32,000 nucleotides of DNA from Candidatus Iainarchaeum sp. (GCA_028710695.1 JAQTTP010000005.1:30001-62000); one strand, 5' to 3'; positions 18,926 through 28,148 are shown, numbered from the stretch's first letter. A program made the numbers and translations. The notes: a model not told the origin generated them from the sequence alone.

Positions 18926-20116
18926 TTATCTCCCACTCACAATCTCAATAACATCTCTATTCTTCAATTTGTGTTCCTTTCCAACCATCATTTTGGTCTT
19001 AACAAGAATCGCCTTTATGAACTTATTTCCCAAATCAGAGTGAATATGGAATGCAAAATCCAAAGCAGTTGATTCTGGAGGCAATAAAAAACAATCCGGA
19101 AGCACATTTCCATCTTTATCCGCCAACTTGTTTACCCCACCGGGGAATATTGCCATATAGTTCAAAAGATTGAATACAGACTTATCCATGATCTCTTGAA
19201 CTCCGGTAAATCCATATTTGCCAAGGATATTAGTTTTTATAAAATTTAAAGCTTTTGTCTGCTTCTCGCTAAGCTTTGATTCATCTTTAATTTCAAAGCC
19301 ATTGGCCCCAGGCAGATAATCTATAAGCCCAGCTTTGTCCGCTTCCTTCAAAGCAAGTTCGCTCTCAGCAGAAACAGGAACTATAAGTAACTCAGGATAT
19401 TTCTCCTTTATTCTCTTAATATTGTTCTCCGCAGTAGGCAAGTCAACCTTATTTGCAGCAATAACTATTGGCTTTGATAGCTTTCTAAGATTTTTTACAA
19501 ATGTTTTTTTCTGATCTATATTCCATTCAAGCATCTGTTTAGGATAATTCTTTATTACTGCCTCAACATGGTAACGCTTTATACTTAGCCCAGAAACCAT
19601 CTCTGCCAATGCATCTTCTATTTTCATTTTCTTAGCTGCCTGGGTCTTTCCGGATTTATCCCAATTAGCTTCTAAGATTCCAAAAATCCACATATCAAGC
19701 TCAAATTCTAAGAATTCAATGTCTTTTAGAGGATCATAGCTTCCCATTGCCACAGGCTCTCCTTTCTCATTTACAGAGCCTGCAATGTCAACTACATGGA
19801 TCAAAGCATCAGCCTTTCTCAAATCATCTAAGAATTTGTTCCCTAAACCCTTACCCTCGTGAGCACCAGGTACAAGGCCAGCAACATCAACAACTTCTAC
19901 TGGCACAAACCTTATGCCCTTTTTACAATATCCTACTCTTGGGTTACATTGTACCCCAAGTTCTTTATCCACACATTCAACCCTTACAAATCCAACTCCT
20001 TTATTCGGTTCAATAGTTGTAAAAGGGTAGTTTGCTGCCTCAGCCTTTGCCATGGTTAAGGCCTTAAAAAAAGTACTTTTTCCTACGTTTGGTTTTCCTA
20101 CAATACCTACAAGCAT
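18926..20116 (-). CDS. Obg/YchF-family GTPase with TGS domain
   Basis: ORF to 20140 (TTG), preferred ATG giving MLVGIVGKPNVGKSTFFKALTMAKAEAANYPFTTIEPNKG; DVAGLVPGAHEGKGLGNKFLDDL; ANKVD; C-terminal TGS DFAFHIHSDLGNKFIKAI. Confidence 0.93.
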   Translation of the reverse strand: MLVGIVGKPNVGKSTFFKALTMAKAEAANYPFTTIEPNKGVGFVRVECVDKELGVQCNPRVGYCKKGIRFVPVEVVDVAGLVPGAHEGKGLGNKFLDDLRKADALIHVVDIAGSVNEKGEPVAMGSYDPLKDIEFLEFELDMWIFGILEANWDKSGKTQAAKKMKIEDALAEMVSGLSIKRYHVEAVIKNYPKQMLEWNIDQKKTFVKNLRKLSKPIVIAANKVDLPTAENNIKRIKEKYPELLIVPVSAESELALKEADKAGLIDYLPGANGFEIKDESKLSEKQTKALNFIKTNILGKYGFTGVQEIMDKSVFNLLNYMAIFPGGVNKLADKDGNVLPDCFLLPPESTALDFAFHIHSDLGNKFIKAILVKTKMMVGKEHKLKNRDVIEIVSGR

Positions 20117-20194
20117 TAGTTTCACTCTCTTAGATTCCAATCCCTACTCTAGTTATATTATATAAAAATAGCAAAAATAATAAAAAGGAGGCTT

Positions 20195-20665
20195 TTATTC
20201 TTTTACAATTACACAAATTTCCCCAATAAAACAATCTTTATTTAGGATGTATTCCAGGATATATTCCTTACCAAGCCTATGTGCCTTACTAGCTTTAACT
20301 TTTACTTCACAAATAACTGCTTTATTCTTTATTAGTATTGGTTTTTTGGTAAATATTGTAAAACTCTTGCTTATAACTTCGCCAAGTTCTTCTTTTGTCT
20401 TTTTGTTTTTTAAACAAAAAAAGGCAACTAAGGACTGTGAGATAATAGACAATGCAGAATTAATATGTAAATTAATCCCAAAAGGATTATTCTTATCTTC
20501 AAAATATTTGGTAAAAATGGCCTTAGTTTTTATTGATTTCTTTGTCAGATCCAAAAAACACAGATTAAAATGTTCTTTTTTTACACCTTTAGATAGATAC
20601 AATGATTGTATATTTTCGTTTAATAAACTATTTTTTTTAGGTACACAAAAAACCATACTAATCAT
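20195..20665 (-). CDS. Hypothetical protein, 156 aa
   Basis: Open frame between ychF-like gene and porB, overlapping porB by 4 nt (operonic); no family recognised. Confidence 0.6.
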   Translation of the reverse strand: MISMVFCVPKKNSLLNENIQSLYLSKGVKKEHFNLCFLDLTKKSIKTKAIFTKYFEDKNNPFGINLHINSALSIISQSLVAFFCLKNKKTKEELGEVISKSFTIFTKKPILIKNKAVICEVKVKASKAHRLGKEYILEYILNKDCFIGEICVIVKE

Positions 20666-21606
20666 TTCTTTCCCAACACTTTGAATTCTTTATCCACTTC
20701 TTCCTGGACTTTTGCTATCAAGTTTTTCCTTAACTCTGGCTTGAACAAGTGGGCATAAAGCTTGTGTGATTTAAGATACTCTTCTACAGGCAGGGCCTTC
20801 TTTGGGTTATAATTTATCTTGTATTTTCCGCCCTCGATCTCATACAAAGGCCAAAAGTTCGTCTCTGTTGCAAGCCTAGCAACATCATAAGTCTTAGAAC
20901 TTGGGAACTTCCACCCATAATTACAAGGCATTAAAACGCTCAAGAATTTCGGGCCCTCATAGCTCAAGGCTTTCTTTATTTTATAAATAAAATCATCTAA
21001 ATATGCAGGATTTGCTTGTGCTGCATAAGGAATATTATGTGCAGCCACAATAGACATTATGTCCTTCCTCTTCTGTGCTTTTCCAGTACTCTCTAAGCCC
21101 GCAGGAGTAGTGGTTGTACTTGCTAAATAAGGTGTTGACCCACTTCTTTGCATTCCTGTATTAGAATAAGCAGCATTGTCATAAAGAACATATAAAATAT
21201 CATGCCCTCTTTCAAGCATTCCTGACAGGGCTTGTAATCCAATATCTACTGTCCCCCCATCACCTGCAAAAACAATGAACTTATACTTTTTCTTTAATTC
21301 TCCTCTCTTTTTCCTGGCAGCATATGCCCTTTCTACACCCGCAAGAGTAGAGGCAGAGTTTTCAAAAGCATTATGTATACAAGATACTCCAAAGCTTGTA
21401 TGGGGCCATATTGTGCTAGTAACTTCTAGGCATCCAGTAGCAATAGACACCACGGGCTCACAATCATCAGGCACATTTCCAAGCACAGTTCTAACTATTG
21501 TGGGTATGAAACATCCAGAACAGGTTCTATGCCCTGGCCCAAAACCTTCTTTCCCTTTTTCCCAAATCTTCTGCAATTCGTTGCCTTTTACATCCATAAA
21601 AATCAC
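20662..21606 (-). CDS. porB: Pyruvate:ferredoxin oxidoreductase beta (TPP) subunit
   Basis: GHRTCSGCFIPTIVRTVLG, SIATGCLEVTSTIWPHTSF, FAGDGGTVDIGLQALSG, YDNAAYSNTGMQRSGSTP. Confidence 0.93.
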   Translation of the reverse strand: MIFMDVKGNELQKIWEKGKEGFGPGHRTCSGCFIPTIVRTVLGNVPDDCEPVVSIATGCLEVTSTIWPHTSFGVSCIHNAFENSASTLAGVERAYAARKKRGELKKKYKFIVFAGDGGTVDIGLQALSGMLERGHDILYVLYDNAAYSNTGMQRSGSTPYLASTTTTPAGLESTGKAQKRKDIMSIVAAHNIPYAAQANPAYLDDFIYKIKKALSYEGPKFLSVLMPCNYGWKFPSSKTYDVARLATETNFWPLYEIEGGKYKINYNPKKALPVEEYLKSHKLYAHLFKPELRKNLIAKVQEEVDKEFKVLGKK

Positions 21607-21612
21607 TTTGCC

Positions 21613-22752
21613 TTAATTTTTTAGATCTTTCCTCAGCCCATAGAACTGGAACTTCTTTTGCTTCCCTTTCAAGAATTTGCCCACTAGATCTTTGGCTTCT
21701 TCTAGCCCAAAGTCTCTTCCGCCAATTCCATAAACAACATTATAGAACTCTCTTCCCATACCTTGGAACTCTAAACCCATTGGCCCAAACTCTGCGCCAT
21801 GGCTTATTGCCCTATCCAAAACAATTATCTTTTTGCCTTTAAGCTCTGCCCTTAACTCATTATAAGGAAACGGCCTATAAACTCTTGGTCTCAAGCACCC
21901 AACTTTTTTTCCTTTTTTTCTCAATTCTTGGCAAGTCAACTCTATTGCTTGATAAGAAGAGCCCATTGTTACAAAGACAGTATTTGCATCTTTTAACCCG
22001 TAAGACTCATATAAGCCATAATTTCTTTTTGAAAATTTCTCAAATCCTTTTTGAATTCCAAGTATTGATTTTGATGAGTTTGCAAGATCTCTCCACTGCC
22101 TTTCTCTTACTTCTATATTAGAATCAGTTAAAGAAACATTTCCAAAAGTTATTTTTGAATCAAGCATGTTCGGCCACTTTGGTTTCTTTCCCACAAAATT
22201 CACAGCCTGTTTGGTGGACAAAGTATCAATCACCTGCTCTCCATGGGTAGTATAGAATCCATCCATCATTACCATTACTGGTATTTTTGTTTCCTCAGTA
22301 ATCTTCACAGCCATTAAAGTAGTGTCATAAACTTCCTGCACATCTTTACAATAAATTTGTATCCAGCCAGAATCTCTTGCCAAAAAACTATCGGAATAAT
22401 CACAATGCAGAAGAAGTGGAGCACCTATTCCTCTATTTCCCACAACCATAGTCATAGGCAGTCTCAATCCCGCAGCAATATAAATCACTTCAATCATATA
22501 TGCCAAACCTTGAGATGCGGTAGCAGTAAACACTCTTGCACCTGCAGCACTTGCTCCAATACAAGCAGACATTGCACTATGCTCCGATTCTGCAAGAATA
22601 TTTTCAGTAGTAACTTTTCCATCAGCAACATATTTTGAAAAGGTTTCAATGATCTGTGTTTGGGGGGTAATAGGATATGATGCACAAACATCAGGGTTTA
22701 TCTGCATCATTGCATATGATACAGCATAGTTTCCGTTTATCAGAGCCCTCAT
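21613..22752 (-). CDS. porA: Pyruvate:ferredoxin oxidoreductase alpha subunit
   Basis: ORF to 22800, probable start MRALINGNYAVSYAMMQINPDVCASYPITPQTQIIE; ILAESEHSAMSACIGASAAGARVFTATASQGLAYM. Confidence 0.93.
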   Translation of the reverse strand: MRALINGNYAVSYAMMQINPDVCASYPITPQTQIIETFSKYVADGKVTTENILAESEHSAMSACIGASAAGARVFTATASQGLAYMIEVIYIAAGLRLPMTMVVGNRGIGAPLLLHCDYSDSFLARDSGWIQIYCKDVQEVYDTTLMAVKITEETKIPVMVMMDGFYTTHGEQVIDTLSTKQAVNFVGKKPKWPNMLDSKITFGNVSLTDSNIEVRERQWRDLANSSKSILGIQKGFEKFSKRNYGLYESYGLKDANTVFVTMGSSYQAIELTCQELRKKGKKVGCLRPRVYRPFPYNELRAELKGKKIIVLDRAISHGAEFGPMGLEFQGMGREFYNVVYGIGGRDFGLEEAKDLVGKFLKGKQKKFQFYGLRKDLKN

Positions 22753-22754
22753 CT

Positions 22755-23024
22755 TTACACCCTCTTCATTTCTATTACTTTCTTCAAATAATTTGCACAA
22801 ATTCCACAGCCCTTACAAAACTTATAATCTATGTGTGAATACTTTCCACCAACATAAACTATTGCTGCTTCCGGACAATATAATGCAATTTCAACATGTT
22901 TATTCATTTCCTCTTTGTCTTTAACAACAGGAATCTCTTTTCTCCAAGATCCAGTTTGATATTCTTCTGATTCACTTGCAAGTATTCTTGCACCCAAATC
23001 CACTTTCTTAATTTCTTTAACCAT
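22755..23024 (-). CDS. porD: Pyruvate:ferredoxin oxidoreductase delta (ferredoxin-like) subunit, reduced to one [4Fe-4S] site
   Basis: ORF to 23033; GSWRKEIPVVKDKEE...CPEAAIVYVGGKYSHIDYKFCKGCGICANYLKKVIEMKRV; order porC-porD-porA-porB. Confidence 0.88.
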   Translation of the reverse strand: MVKEIKKVDLGARILASESEEYQTGSWRKEIPVVKDKEEMNKHVEIALYCPEAAIVYVGGKYSHIDYKFCKGCGICANYLKKVIEMKRV

Positions 23025-23029
23025 AAAAA

Positions 23030-23566
23030 TCACTTAAATTGGGTATATGCCTCATTTAAAGCTTTAAGATTTCCGTCCAATAATTCTGGTTTCTTTGATA
23101 AGGTTTCTTTTACTGCTTTTTCTAAATTTGCAAATTTAACACAAGTTGTCATCTTCAAAAGAGCGCCAAGCATAACTACTCCAGGAAGGTCCTTTTTCAA
23201 GTATTTATTTGCAATTCCAGATGCATCGATGAATACACTATTTTTTATTTCTGGATTTATTTTTCCATTTATCAAAAGTTTTGCTTTCTTTTGGTTCAAA
23301 ATTAAATTCTTGGTGTCAAGTTGTGATAACAAAGAGCCATCCAAAACAACTACATAGTCTGCTTGCGTTATGGATGCTTGGTCTTTTATTTTTTCTTTAG
23401 AAATTTTTACAAAAGCCCTTACTGGTGCACCACTTCTTTCTGGGCCATACTCAGGAAATGCTTGCACTTCCAAGCCTTGTAAAAATGCTGCTTTTGCAAG
23501 TATTTCTGCAGCAGTTTTTACACCTTCTCCGCCACGACCCCAGAACACAAAACTAGTATAAGACAT
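23030..23566 (-). CDS. porC: Pyruvate:ferredoxin oxidoreductase gamma subunit
   Basis: FWGRGGEGVKTAAEILAKAAFLQGLEVQAFPEYGPERSGAPVRAFVKIS. Confidence 0.93.
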   Translation of the reverse strand: MSYTSFVFWGRGGEGVKTAAEILAKAAFLQGLEVQAFPEYGPERSGAPVRAFVKISKEKIKDQASITQADYVVVLDGSLLSQLDTKNLILNQKKAKLLINGKINPEIKNSVFIDASGIANKYLKKDLPGVVMLGALLKMTTCVKFANLEKAVKETLSKKPELLDGNLKALNEAYTQFK

Positions 23567-23727
23567 AGTACCACTTATATAACTATAAACAAGGAATAAT
23601 AAAGAGATTAATGTTTAAATACCTTTCTGGATTTTGCAAATGGGGAAAATATCAGCAATAGTTAAGAACAGAATTAAATTCAAAAAGCATATTAATAGAA
23701 GAAAAATAATTTTGTGACTTTATTATG

Positions 23728-24375
23728 TCACTCTTTTCTGACAATTGTTATTGTCCAGCCTCTTTTACCATAACCCTTGTAATATTCTTCAACTTTAAAG
23801 AATTGCGATAGTAGATTAGTCATATTTAACCGATCTATCATCTGAACATACGGCTTAGTCTGATCTTTCTTTTGTTTTATTTTTTTATCATCATCATAAT
23901 CTGCAGTATTCGAGGAGTATACTAAACCATATCCACCTTTCTCTAAAATATCCGACATTTTTTCTACAACATATGGCGCCATTGAAGAATCAAACTGGTT
24001 CAAAAAAGATCCAGCTACCAAACCGTGGAATTTTTCTTCAGGTTCCCATTCTAAAAAACAGTTGTTGTAGAACTTTGCTTTAGGGCTATTTTGTTGAGCA
24101 TGTTTTATCATTTCTTTAGACACATCAACACAGGACACATTAAAGTCATACTTAAAATGTTCTGTAAGTATGAACGAGTTTAATCCAACTCCACATCCAA
24201 GGTCAGCAATTCTTGCACCAGTTCCAAAATTAGAGTGAACCTTTTCTGCAAATGGTTTTATCACTTTGTATTGATTGTCTACGAAATTTACCCACCTAGA
24301 GTTATAATCGTCGGCCAACAAATCGTAGTACTCCACCAATTGTTTTTGGCTTTTGTTAATTTGTTTTCCGCACAT
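23728..24375 (-). CDS. Class I SAM-dependent methyltransferase
   Basis: GARIADLGCGVGLNSFILTEHF, VSCVDVSKEMIKHAQQNSP, ILEKGGYGLVYSSN. Confidence 0.82.
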   Translation of the reverse strand: MCGKQINKSQKQLVEYYDLLADDYNSRWVNFVDNQYKVIKPFAEKVHSNFGTGARIADLGCGVGLNSFILTEHFKYDFNVSCVDVSKEMIKHAQQNSPKAKFYNNCFLEWEPEEKFHGLVAGSFLNQFDSSMAPYVVEKMSDILEKGGYGLVYSSNTADYDDDKKIKQKKDQTKPYVQMIDRLNMTNLLSQFFKVEEYYKGYGKRGWTITIVRKE

Positions 24376-24477
24376 GTTTATAATATAATTTCAATATTTA
24401 TAAAGGGCTTGGTTTTATGTATAGAAAGACCAAAAAAAAGCACACGGAAACAAATCGATTTTTGCAAGTAGATGTCA

Positions 24478-24522
24478 AACGGGAACAAACTTTCCCGTTA
24501 GAGTTGGCGCCATTTATGGCGC
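24478..24522. other. Two adjacent perfect stem-loops
   Basis: AACGGGAA-caaact-TTCCCGTT (24478-24499) and GCGCCAT-tt-ATGGCGC (24507-24522), in an otherwise AT-rich non-coding interval. Confidence 0.6.
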
Positions 24523-24652
24523 GGGTTATGGAAAATAAACAATTTGACTTTTTTTGTTCTTTTTTTATCCACCTTAGATTAATTAAAACTAGAATATCCC
24601 AAATCCTTTGGGTTTGTGGATATGCCCCCTTTTCTTTTTTGGTGAACTTATG

Positions 24653-24678
24653 CTTTTTTCTTTTGGAAAAGAAAAAAG
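24653..24678 (-). terminator. Inverted repeat and T-rich tract at the 3' side of the putative minus-strand ncRNA
   Basis: CTTTTTTCTTTT-gg-AAAAGAAAAAAG, 12-bp perfect arms; the minus strand reads ATTCTTTTTTCTTTTCC right after the predicted RNA end. Confidence 0.55.
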
Positions 24679-24686
24679 AATAGAGT

Positions 24687-24879
24687 GGCAGGTAAAACGG
24701 TATACACAAGAGCATCTGGGACTACGGATATATACTCCCGGAATTGACCGCGCAAAAGACAGCAGATAAAATCTGCCCCAACATACAGCAAAGCACATGG
24801 CATGAAGCCAGAACGCTTGTTTGCATATCCTCACTGCGCCGTTTGCAAATCTCACGAGGAGATTTAGAGGTTACCTACC
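24687..24879 (-). ncRNA. Putative structured non-coding RNA of about 193 nt, family unknown
   Basis: Termini pair: 5' GGUAGGUAA with 3' UUACCUGCC; internal hairpins AAAUCUC-cucgu-GAGAUUU and GCAGAU-uuu-AUCUGC; TATA box centred about 26 nt upstream; T-rich terminator downstream; relatively GC-rich with no convincing CDS. Confidence 0.55.
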
Positions 24880-24901
24880 GTATAAATATTATACAAACTG
24901 G

Positions 24902-24913
24902 TTTATAAAGGTT
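24902..24913 (-). promoter_or_regulatory. Archaeal BRE/TATA promoter (AACCTTTATAAA on minus strand)
   Basis: Minus-strand AAAAGTAACCTTTATAAACC, correct spacing to 24879; same core also at 18909-18920 and 29999-30010. Confidence 0.65.
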
Positions 24914-25089
24914 ACTTTTTTTATGTAGAATTTGGGCAGAAAGAAGTCAGGAATCAAAAAAAGTTAAAAACTAAAAAGAAAAAGAATAACTTTTTAGTTA
25001 ACATAGGCAAGTAAAATGCTAAAGATTGCTAAAAGTTTTTAGCTAAGATTCTAAACTGAATCTCTATTTGTGTAGTCTATGATTTCGTG

Positions 25090-28060
25090 TGTAGTCTTTG
25101 ATTTTAAAGGTCCTCTTATGCTATTAGTACTGGTCAGCTGAATATCTCGCCGAAGCTCGATACTTACACTTCCAGCCTATCAACCCAGTCTTCTACTGGC
25201 GCATTAGTCTGTCCGAAGACAGAGTGACGATCTATTTTCAGGGGGGACTTCAAGCTTAGATGCTTTCAGCTTTTATTCCTTACGGCGTGGCTACCCAGCG
25301 CTGCCCTCCCGGACAACTGGTAGACTAGAGGCCGCGACCTTTTGTTCCTTTCGTACTAGAAAGATCTTCCCTTCAGATCATCAACAGTCCCAACAGATAG
25401 TAAACAAACTGGCTCGCACCGTTCTTAACCCAGCTCACGTACGGCTTTAATGAGTTAACCCCTCCACCCTTGGCTGCTTATGCACAGCCAGGATGCCATG
25501 AGCCGACAACGAGGTAGCAAACCGCGGGGTCGATATGTACTCTTGCCCGCGACAACCCAGTTACCCCCAGGGTAGCTTCACTATCAGACCAGACTGCCAC
25601 CAAAGCAGTACTGACGATCATTAAGCCCTTCTTTCGAATCTGCATTCCTTGTTTTGCAGAACACAGTCAAGCCTGCTTTTGCCCTTACACTCGACAGGAT
25701 GTTCCTAACACCCCTGAGCAGACCTTTGGGTTCCCCTGATACCTTTTCAGGGGAGTACCGCCCCAGCCAAACCACCAACTCTGCAGGTGTCCCCCTTTCG
25801 GGGTGAGTCTTAGAATTTCTAAAGGTTAGTGTCCCATTGACGTCTCCACAGTTCCTGACGAAACTGCTTCGAAGACTACTAACTACGCTGCACATCAAAA
25901 ATTCTAAAACAGCAACAGATTGTGGTAAAGTTCCGTGGGGACTTCACCTCCCATTGGGACGCCGTGGCATATTCACCACGCAGTGGGTTCGTCGAGTTAT
26001 AGTTAGGGACAGTGGGAATCTCGTTACTCCATTAATGCAAGTCGGCATTAAACCGACAAGGTATTACGCTACCTTAAGAGCCTCAGAGTTAGGCCCGCTC
26101 TTTACCAGCGCTTAGACCCCTTGAAAAGGGTTTTCACGTACTGGCAGTGAGCAGAAGTCGGCCCCTATACTAATCTTTTCAGACTCGCAGGGACCTACGT
26201 TTTTGATAAACAGTCGGACTCCCCTTGTTAGTGTCACCTACAGTTTACACAACTGCAGGCACCCCTTATACCAAAGATACGGGGCTATTTTGCCGAATTC
26301 CCTTAACTATATTCTCTCGATACGCCTTGGCCTTCTCAGCCAGGGGCACCTTTCCCGGTTCTCGGTACGATCTGATGGAATCCTTATGATCTTTCTTTTC
26401 ATGGTTACCAGGTGTGAAAAACAGCTTTCGCCCCATCACCTCTTAAAGCCCTTCTCGTCATTATAACTCTCCAGGCTTATATTAGGATTGGATATTCTGG
26501 GAAGAATACGTTTTCTAACCCAATAAGTCAAAAGATCATCTATTGTTACCAAGTTGTATCCATCAGGTACAGGAATATGAACCTGTTTCCCTTTCCCCCC
26601 ACTCGTGTTACGATGGGGGTTAGGATCGACTAACCCTTAGCTGATGATCAGTGCTAAGGAACCCTAGCCCTTTCAGCGGAGAGGGTTCTCACCTCTCATA
26701 GCTATTACTACCGCTAGGATCAATATTCCATATAGGTCCACAAGAACTCACGCCCTTGCTTCTGCCCTATAAGAAAACCTTCTTACAAGATATTACATAC
26801 AATGCAATCTGCATGGTATCGGTGGTCTGTTTTAGCCCCGTATATTTTTGGTGCCCTCACTCTCGGAAGGTGAGTTGTTACACACTCTTTAAATGATAGC
26901 TACTTCTGAGCTTACATTCCCTCTGTCTTAGAGTAAAGACGCCCTTTATTTGCACTTAACAGACACTTTGGGACCTTAACCACGCGCAGGGTTGTTTCCC
27001 TTTCGGACCGGAAGCTTACCCCCCGGATCCCAACTCCAACCTTCTTAGACAAATGGCGATTCGGAGTTTAACAAAAAAGCCGAGGATCTCTCCCCAATAC
27101 TTTTTGATCAGTGCTCTACCCACCATTTCGTCTCAGGTCAAGCTAACCTTAGAGCTATTTCAGAAGGAGCCTGCTATCACCAAATTCGCATAGATTATCG
27201 CTCCCACTCCCAGGTCACCTAAACAGTTAGTCTAGAACTAGAAACGGACCTCCACCCCTTTGTAAAAGGGTTTCATCCTGCCCAGGAGTAAATCATTTGG
27301 TTTCAGGTCTGGTATCTGTGACTAAAGACGGATTAGCATCCTTGTCCTCACTAAAAGTTGCGACAACTCGGTTTCCCTACGCCTACGAGGTTTAACCCCT
27401 TAAGCTTGCCACAGACACAAATTCCCTAGCCCGTGCTTCGTGACGAACGACGTAACACTGTACAGAGCGCTTCGTTACCTTAGGCGCTCTACCTTTTGTG
27501 CCGCGTCCACCTATTACCATTTGGTTTCAGGTGCTTTTAACTCCCTACCAAGGGTGCTTTTCAACTTTCCCTCACGGTACTCGTTCGCTATCGGTCTTGG
27601 AAGAATGTTTAAGATTGGGGGTTGGTAACCCCCGTATTCATACGCAAATGCCAATGCGTATTACTCTCGGTTACTATCGGATCTTTCTCTCTTATAACTA
27701 AGGGGCTATCACCCGCTATGGCGCTTCTTTCCAGAAGTCTTCGTCTTAAAGAGTTAAGACCCTAACTAGACCTCACCACATCTCCCACTAATTTCTTAGA
27801 GGGATTCAGTTTGTCTTCTGCCCTTTTCCTTCGCCAGTACTAGGGGCATCGCGATTGCTTTCTTTTCCTGCAGGTACTAAGATGCTTCAATTCCCTGCGT
27901 CTCCCCCCCTTTCGGGGTAATTCGGGTATCTCTGGTTCAATGGTTGCGTGCACCTCGCCAGAGCTTTTCGCAGCTTGCCACGCCCTTCTTCGGCTTCCAA
28001 GCCAAGTCATCCACCAAATGGTTCACTAGGACCCTTAACACTTTACTTGCCTATGCTAAC
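25090..28060 (-). rRNA. 23S ribosomal RNA (ends approximate)
   Basis: Reverse complement of GGTGGATGACTTGGCTTGGAAGCCGAAGAAGGGCGTGGCAAGCTGCG at the 5' end, GGCTGGGGCGGTACTCCCCTG P-loop region, SRL-like AGTACGAAAGGAAC near 3' end. Confidence 0.97.
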
Positions 28061-28148
28061 TATGTGTGATATAAATATCACGAGTTACGCCAGAACAAAA
28101 AAACTTGTTCTAACTACTCATAACTCTCGGAAAGTCCATATTTACATA

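Noticed and set aside
24398-24855. Overlapping ORFs (24398-24715 -, 24417-24683 +, 24589-24855 -)
   Set aside because: Mutually overlapping, low-complexity Phe/Lys/Ser-rich, no family resemblance, and they overlap hairpins and the putative ncRNA; treated as spurious.
24687-24879. 5S rRNA or tRNA identity for the structured element
   Set aside because: No 5S core (CCGAACxCGGAAGUUAAG), no tRNA cloverleaf; length and pairing do not fit.
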